Below, piece after piece: positions 60,227 through 64,000 of a stretch of 64,000 bases of DNA. The notes under the pieces are model-generated. The model was not told the origin of the DNA and ran no database searches. It saw only the letters and a program-made list of their open reading frames with translations. Location of the stretch: assembly GCA_963773625.1 (NCBI GenBank), contig CAVZCJ010000005.1, positions 2,000 to 65,999 on the forward strand. The letters run 5' to 3'. Numbering within the stretch: position 1 is the stretch's first letter; the number at the start of each line of letters is the position of its first letter. This DNA comes from an uncultured Alphaproteobacteria bacterium. GTDB taxonomy: Bacteria; Pseudomonadota; Alphaproteobacteria; ATCC43930; CGMCC-115725. The position numbers and the translations under genes were made by a program.

Positions 60227-61118
60227 ATGGAACTGGGCACCTTGCTGCCGCTGGGCGATATCGGCGGGTCGCCGCAGGTGATGAAGGAATACGCGCAGGC
60301 CGCCGAGGCCGCCGGCTACGACTTCATCGAGGCGCCCGACCATGTGCTCGGGGTCAACGCGGCGAGCCGGCCGGGCTGGGACCGCAACGACAACGACGAT
60401 CTGTTCCACGACCCGTTCGTGCTGTTCGGCTATCTCGCCGGGGTGACGAAGCTCGGCTTCTCGACCGGCGTGTTGATCGTGGCGCAGCGCCAGACCGCGC
60501 TCGTCGCCAAGCAGGCCGCCTGCCTCGACGTGCTGTGCGGCGGCCGATTCCGGCTCGGCATCGGGGTCGGCTGGAACGAGGTCGAGTATGTCGGCCTCAA
60601 CGAGAATTTCCACAATCGCGGCCGCCGCTCCGAGGAGCAGGTGCAGGTCATGCAGAAGCTATGGGCCGCAGCCGCACGTCAAATTCGAGGGCCGCTGGCA
60701 CCACATCGACGATGCCGGGATCAACCCGCGCCCGGCCTCGGGCAAGGTGCCGGTGTGGTATGGCGGGCATGTCGAGCAGACCTTGCAGCGCGTTGCCAAA
60801 TGGGGCGACGGCTGGATGCCCAACGCCTATCCGCCGGGCCAGGAGGCGCTCGACATCTTCGCCAAGCTGCGCAAGCTGACCGAGGAAGCCGGCCGCAACC
60901 CGAAGGACGTCGGCATCGAGGTGTGGACCTCGATGGGCTCGGGCAGCGAGGCCGATTGGAACAAGGAAGCGAAGTTCTGGAAACAGGCGGGGGCAACGCA
61001 TCTCTGCCTGACGACGACGTTCCATCGCCGTCACCACCACCGCCTCGCCGGGCATACCCTCTCGGACCACGTCGCGGCGCTGAAGCGGTTCAAGAACGCG
61101 GTGGCGGAGGCGCTGTAA
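60227..61118 (+). pseudogene. LLM-class (F420-type-like) oxidoreductase, one frame shift as assembled
   Basis: ATG 60227 after TAGGAGG: MELGTLLPLGDIGGSPQVMKEYAQAAEAAGYDFIEAPDHVLG...GGRFRLGIGVGWNEVEY.. joins ORF 60588..61118 (..PHVKFEGRWHHIDDAGINPRP...WGDGWMP..). Break ~60665. Confidence 0.85.
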
Positions 61119-61131
61119 CTAGAAGGATTTT

Positions 61132-61194
61132 TCGTCATGGCCGGGCTCGTCCCGGCCATCCACGTGGATCCCCGGGACAAGCCCGGGGATGACG
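61132..61194. repeat. Palindromic intergenic element, family B
   Basis: cgtcatggccgggctcgtcccggccatccacgtggatccccgggacaagcccggggatgacg: terminal inverted cgtcat/atgacg and two internal hairpins. It supplies the spurious N-terminal MAGLVPAIHVDPRDKPGDDG of ORF 61137..62102. Confidence 0.75.
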
Positions 61195-61211
61195 GAAAGG
61201 GAGAGCCAAGG

Positions 61212-62102
61212 ATGCCAATCCAAATCACACCCCTTCACCCGCATATCGGCGCCGAGGTGTCGGGCCTCGACGTCGCCGCGCCGCTCGCCAACACGGCGCT
61301 CGACGAGTTGTGGCAGGCGATCGACGAGCACTCGGTGCTAGTGCTGCACAACCAATCGATCACCGACGCGCAGCTCAAATCCTTTGCCGATAAATTCGGG
61401 CCGCTCGAGATCGGCCGCGCCGCGCTGCAGGGCGGCAAGCGCCGGCTCGACATCCCCGAGATCGGCGACATCTCCAATCTCGACATCGATAACAACATCC
61501 GCGCCCGCGACGACCGCCGCCGGCTCGACATGCTCGGCAACCGGCTGTGGCACACCGATGCGTCCTACATGCCGGTGCCGGTGGTGCTGGGGATGCTGTT
61601 CGCGGTGGCGGTGCCGCCGGCCAGCCCGCTCGGCGCCGGCGAGACCGAGTTCGCCGACATGCGCGCCGCCTACGACGCGCTCCCCGACGACATGAAGGCT
61701 ACGATCGACGGGCTCGTCGTCGAGCACGACATCTTCTGGTCGCGCGGCCAGATCGGCTTCACCGAGTTCCCGCCCGGCGAGCGCGAGAAGTATCCGCCCT
61801 CGCCGCAAAAGCTGGTGCGCCGCCATCCCGGCTCGGGCCGCAAGACGCTGTATCTCTCGGCGCACGCCTCGCACATCGTCGGCTGGCCGGTGGCGGACGG
61901 GCGGCTGCTGCTGCACGACCTCAACACGCACGCGACGCAGCGCCAGTTCGTCTACAGCCACAAATGGGCCGAGGGCGATCTGGTGATCTGGGACAATCGC
62001 TGCACGATGCATCGCGGCCGCCCGCACGACGAAGCCGCGCCGCGCGACCTACGCCGCGCGACGACCCTCGATGTCGGCTCGACCTTGGAGGAGGCGGCTT
62101 AG
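61212..62102 (+). CDS. TauD/TfdA-family Fe(II)/2-oxoglutarate dioxygenase
   Basis: ATG 61212 inside ORF 61137..62102: MPIQITPLHPHIGAEVSGLDV...WHTDASYMPVP...EFADMRAAYDALP...VRRHPGSGRKTLY...DLVIWDNRCTMHRG (HxD...H facial triad context). Confidence 0.9.
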   Translation: MPIQITPLHPHIGAEVSGLDVAAPLANTALDELWQAIDEHSVLVLHNQSITDAQLKSFADKFGPLEIGRAALQGGKRRLDIPEIGDISNLDIDNNIRARDDRRRLDMLGNRLWHTDASYMPVPVVLGMLFAVAVPPASPLGAGETEFADMRAAYDALPDDMKATIDGLVVEHDIFWSRGQIGFTEFPPGEREKYPPSPQKLVRRHPGSGRKTLYLSAHASHIVGWPVADGRLLLHDLNTHATQRQFVYSHKWAEGDLVIWDNRCTMHRGRPHDEAAPRDLRRATTLDVGSTLEEAA

Positions 62103-62648
62103 CCCGTCAGCGCCCGGACCGGTCGGCCGACGTCGATCAATTCGGTATGTTGTCCGAACGGGTCCAGTTTGGCGCCTTCGCGCCAGCCGGCGTCGGCCGC
62201 GACGCCGGACTGATATCGCAAGATGCCGAGAATGTGGCTGACCTCAATGCCGTCCTCTGATAGCGGCATGTAGATCCGGTAGGCGAAGAGATCGATGTTC
62301 TTGGTCGTGTGGTAGCGGTTGAGCGAGAACAGCGGGAGCCTGGTCGTCGTAAACGCGGCGATAGATGCTTTGGATGAAGTTGAGCCGGTCGTCGGTGAAC
62401 ATCTCGTCGGGATAGCGGCCGGTATAGTCGCTGCCGAAGGCGTCGACCGACGCGGTGCCGACGAGCCGATAGCGAAAGCGCGCGCCGCCGTCGATGACCT
62501 CGATGATCTGGATGTTGGGCAGGAGCTTCGGCGGCAGCTCGATCGGGTCGATGTCGCGCTTGCGCGGCATCGGGCGCGCACCGCGCTTCTGCGTCCAATA
62601 GGTGAGGGTGGGCCCGAGGATTGGATCGTCGCGATAATTATAAGTCAT
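62099..62648 (-). pseudogene. PAS-fold domain protein (stand-alone), one frame shift as assembled
   Basis: ATG 62648 inside ORF 62244..62723 (MTYNYRDDPILGPTLTYWTQKRGARPMPRKRDIDPIELPPKLLPNIQIIEV...) joins ORF 62099..62581 (..LPLFSLNRYHTTKNIDLFAYRIYMPLSEDG..). Break ~62335. Common stand-alone PAS family in Rhizobiales, from memory. Confidence 0.7.
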
Positions 62649-62731
62649 TGTTGCCCATCGCCGGGTGGCGATGGGTAACGCCATCACGTAAAGAAGCCGT
62701 AAACCTGTGACAAAAACGCTCAAGAGCGTTT

Positions 62732-63961
62732 CTAGGCCATGGGGTAGGGGGCGGTCCGCACGTGCTCCGGGCGCACGCCAATGCCGACGATGCGCGCCGG
62801 GATCCGCCGCAGAAACGGAAACATGTTGAACATGCGGAAGGTCAGTGGGGCGGTTGCCGGGCCGTCGGAGTTGAGCACCCGGTCAATCACCTGCTTCTGC
62901 ACGGTCAGCTGCATCTGCTGGATGATTTTCATCGGGAAGGTGCGCCGGCGCTGCACCTGGTCGAGGTGGTCGTTCGTCAGCTGCCCAAGGCGCAGCGGCG
63001 TTGCGAGGATGTTGGCTGCTGCGACCGCGTCCTGCACCGCGAGATTGACCCCGACCCCACCGACCGGCGACATCGCGTGCGCCGCGTCGCCAATGCACAG
63101 AAGCCCCGGCCGCCACCATCGGGTCAGCCGGTCGACGGCGACGGTCAGCAGCTTGATGTCGTCCCAATCCTGGAGCTCGCCGACCCGGTCGGCGAGCCAC
63201 GGCACGAGCTTGACGATGTCCGCGCGGAATGCGTCGAGCCCGCGCGACCTCACCTGGTCATAGCCGCCTTTGCGGATCAGATAGGCGCACTGCCAGTAGT
63301 CGCCGCGGTTGAGCGTTACCATCATGCGGCCGAAATTGACGTAGCCGCCGATTTGCCCGGGGTCGCTGGGCTTGCGCGACATTCGCATCCACAGCACGTC
63401 CATCGGTGCGCCGAGGTTTTCGACCGCGAACCCGGCGCGGGCGCGAATATCGGAGTGGCGGCCGTCCGCTCCCACCACCAGATCGGCGCGGATGTCGATC
63501 GGCCCGTCCGGGCCTCTGTGCCGTTACCCCGACCACGCGATCGCCCTCGAAGATCAGATCGGTCGCCTCGGTCTCCATCAAGCAGACCGAACCCCGGGTA
63601 CCGCTTGCCCTGCTCGCTCGAGGAAATTGAGAAAGTCCCATTGCGGCATCAGCGCGATGAACTTGCAGACGCTCGGCAGGTGCGAGAAATCGCCCATGTG
63701 GATTTGGGTCTCGCCGATCCGCACCTCCAACTGGCTGATCTTTTCGTGATGGACCTTCAAGAAATCGTCGAGCAGGCCGAGCTCGTGCATCACCTGCAAG
63801 GTCGACGGGTGGATCGTGTCGCCGCGAAAATCGCGAAAGAAATCCTTGTGCTTCTCCAGCACCGCGACCTTGACCCCGGCGCGAGCGAGCAGGAAGCCGA
63901 GCATGACCCCGGCGGGGCCGCCGCCGGCGATGCAGCAGGTGACGCGTAGCGGTGCTGCCAT
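62732..63961 (-). pseudogene. FAD-dependent monooxygenase (UbiH/PHBH-like), three frame shifts as assembled
   Basis: ORF 63578..63961 (..CCIAGGGPAGVMLGFLLARAGVKVAVLEKH...RGDTIHPST..), short pieces (..SSEQGKRYPGFGLL.., METEATDLIFEGDRVVGV..), and ORF 62732..63478 (..VVGADGRHSDIRA...LCIGDAAHAMSPVGGVGVNLAVQDA..). Confidence 0.85.
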
Positions 63962-64000
63962 ACGCTGAGCCCTCCTCGTGCTGGCTCTGCCCGAGCGCGC

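Noticed and set aside
59552-61192. 546-aa ORF suggesting a methyltransferase-LLM fusion extending into the repeat element
   Set aside because: It is a chimera of the methyltransferase N-terminus, out-of-frame filler, the LLM N-terminus (which has its own TAGGAGG-ATG at 60227) and more filler ending in the palindromic element. The correct pieces lie in ORFs 59856, 59983 and 60588.
5013-63961. Programmed ribosomal frameshifting or recoding as the explanation for the split genes
   Set aside because: The breaks are too many, lack slippery heptamers or downstream pseudoknot context, fall at arbitrary positions in unrelated genes, and mostly coincide with one-base lengthening of short runs. Indel error or decay is a far better fit.
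1-64000. Mobile elements, prophage, CRISPR arrays, toxin-antitoxin pairs, restriction-modification or other defence islands
   Set aside because: No transposase, integrase, recombinase, Cas, phage structural or methylase/endonuclease signatures appear in any of the six frames. No spaced direct-repeat array is visible. The only repeats are the palindromic intergenic elements and the paralogous gene families.

Overview
High-GC alphaproteobacterial chromosome segment. Gene order and the palindromic intergenic elements that translate as ..GLVPAIHV.. / ..DKPG(H/D)D.. suggest Hyphomicrobiales (Rhizobiales), Bradyrhizobiaceae-like; this is inference.

Layout:
- Left 13.4 kb, core block: leuB-leuD-leuC and rplS-trmD-rimM-rpsP-ffh (all minus strand); an MmyB/XRE regulator with a DHA2 efflux pump and a flavin reductase; then dapF-mtaB-ftsY.
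- 13.4-24.3 kb: a NUDIX hydrolase, a Nu-class GST, and an eight-gene plus-strand operon (GT4 glycosyltransferase, PIG-L/LmbE deacetylase, three LLM flavin oxidoreductases, a small unknown ORF, an SDR, an S9 prolyl oligopeptidase), then a Tat-signal unknown.
- 24.8-32.5 kb: an OmpA-family protein, HdeD, a D-aminoacylase-type amidohydrolase, tandem VOC paralogues, a DUF1328 mini-protein, and a MOSC protein translationally coupled to a class III nucleotide cyclase.
- 32.6-44.9 kb: three GMC oxidoreductase paralogues with a YghU GST and an aminotransferase, a CobB sirtuin, an MFS pump and two more LLMs.
- 44.9-59.5 kb: a ~14.6 kb minus-strand ABC importer operon (NTF2-like, MBL hydrolase, Asp/Glu/hydantoin racemase, two ATPases, five tandem family-5 substrate-binding proteins, two permeases).
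- 59.5-64 kb: methyltransferase-LLM-TauD, a PAS protein and a FAD monooxygenase.

I saw no rRNA, tRNA, CRISPR, IS/transposase, integrase or phage genes.

Dominant signal: by hand reconstruction, about 60-65 frame disruptions hit ~34 genes, including essential ffh, dapF and mtaB. Most are +1 insertions, often lengthening short G/C runs. Most entries typed pseudogene are therefore probably assembly indels rather than dead genes. Their coordinates are my reconstructed full-gene spans.

Best candidates for something new: the five-receptor ABC operon with its enzyme head, the GT4/PIG-L/LLM/SDR/POP operon, and the MOSC-cyclase pair.
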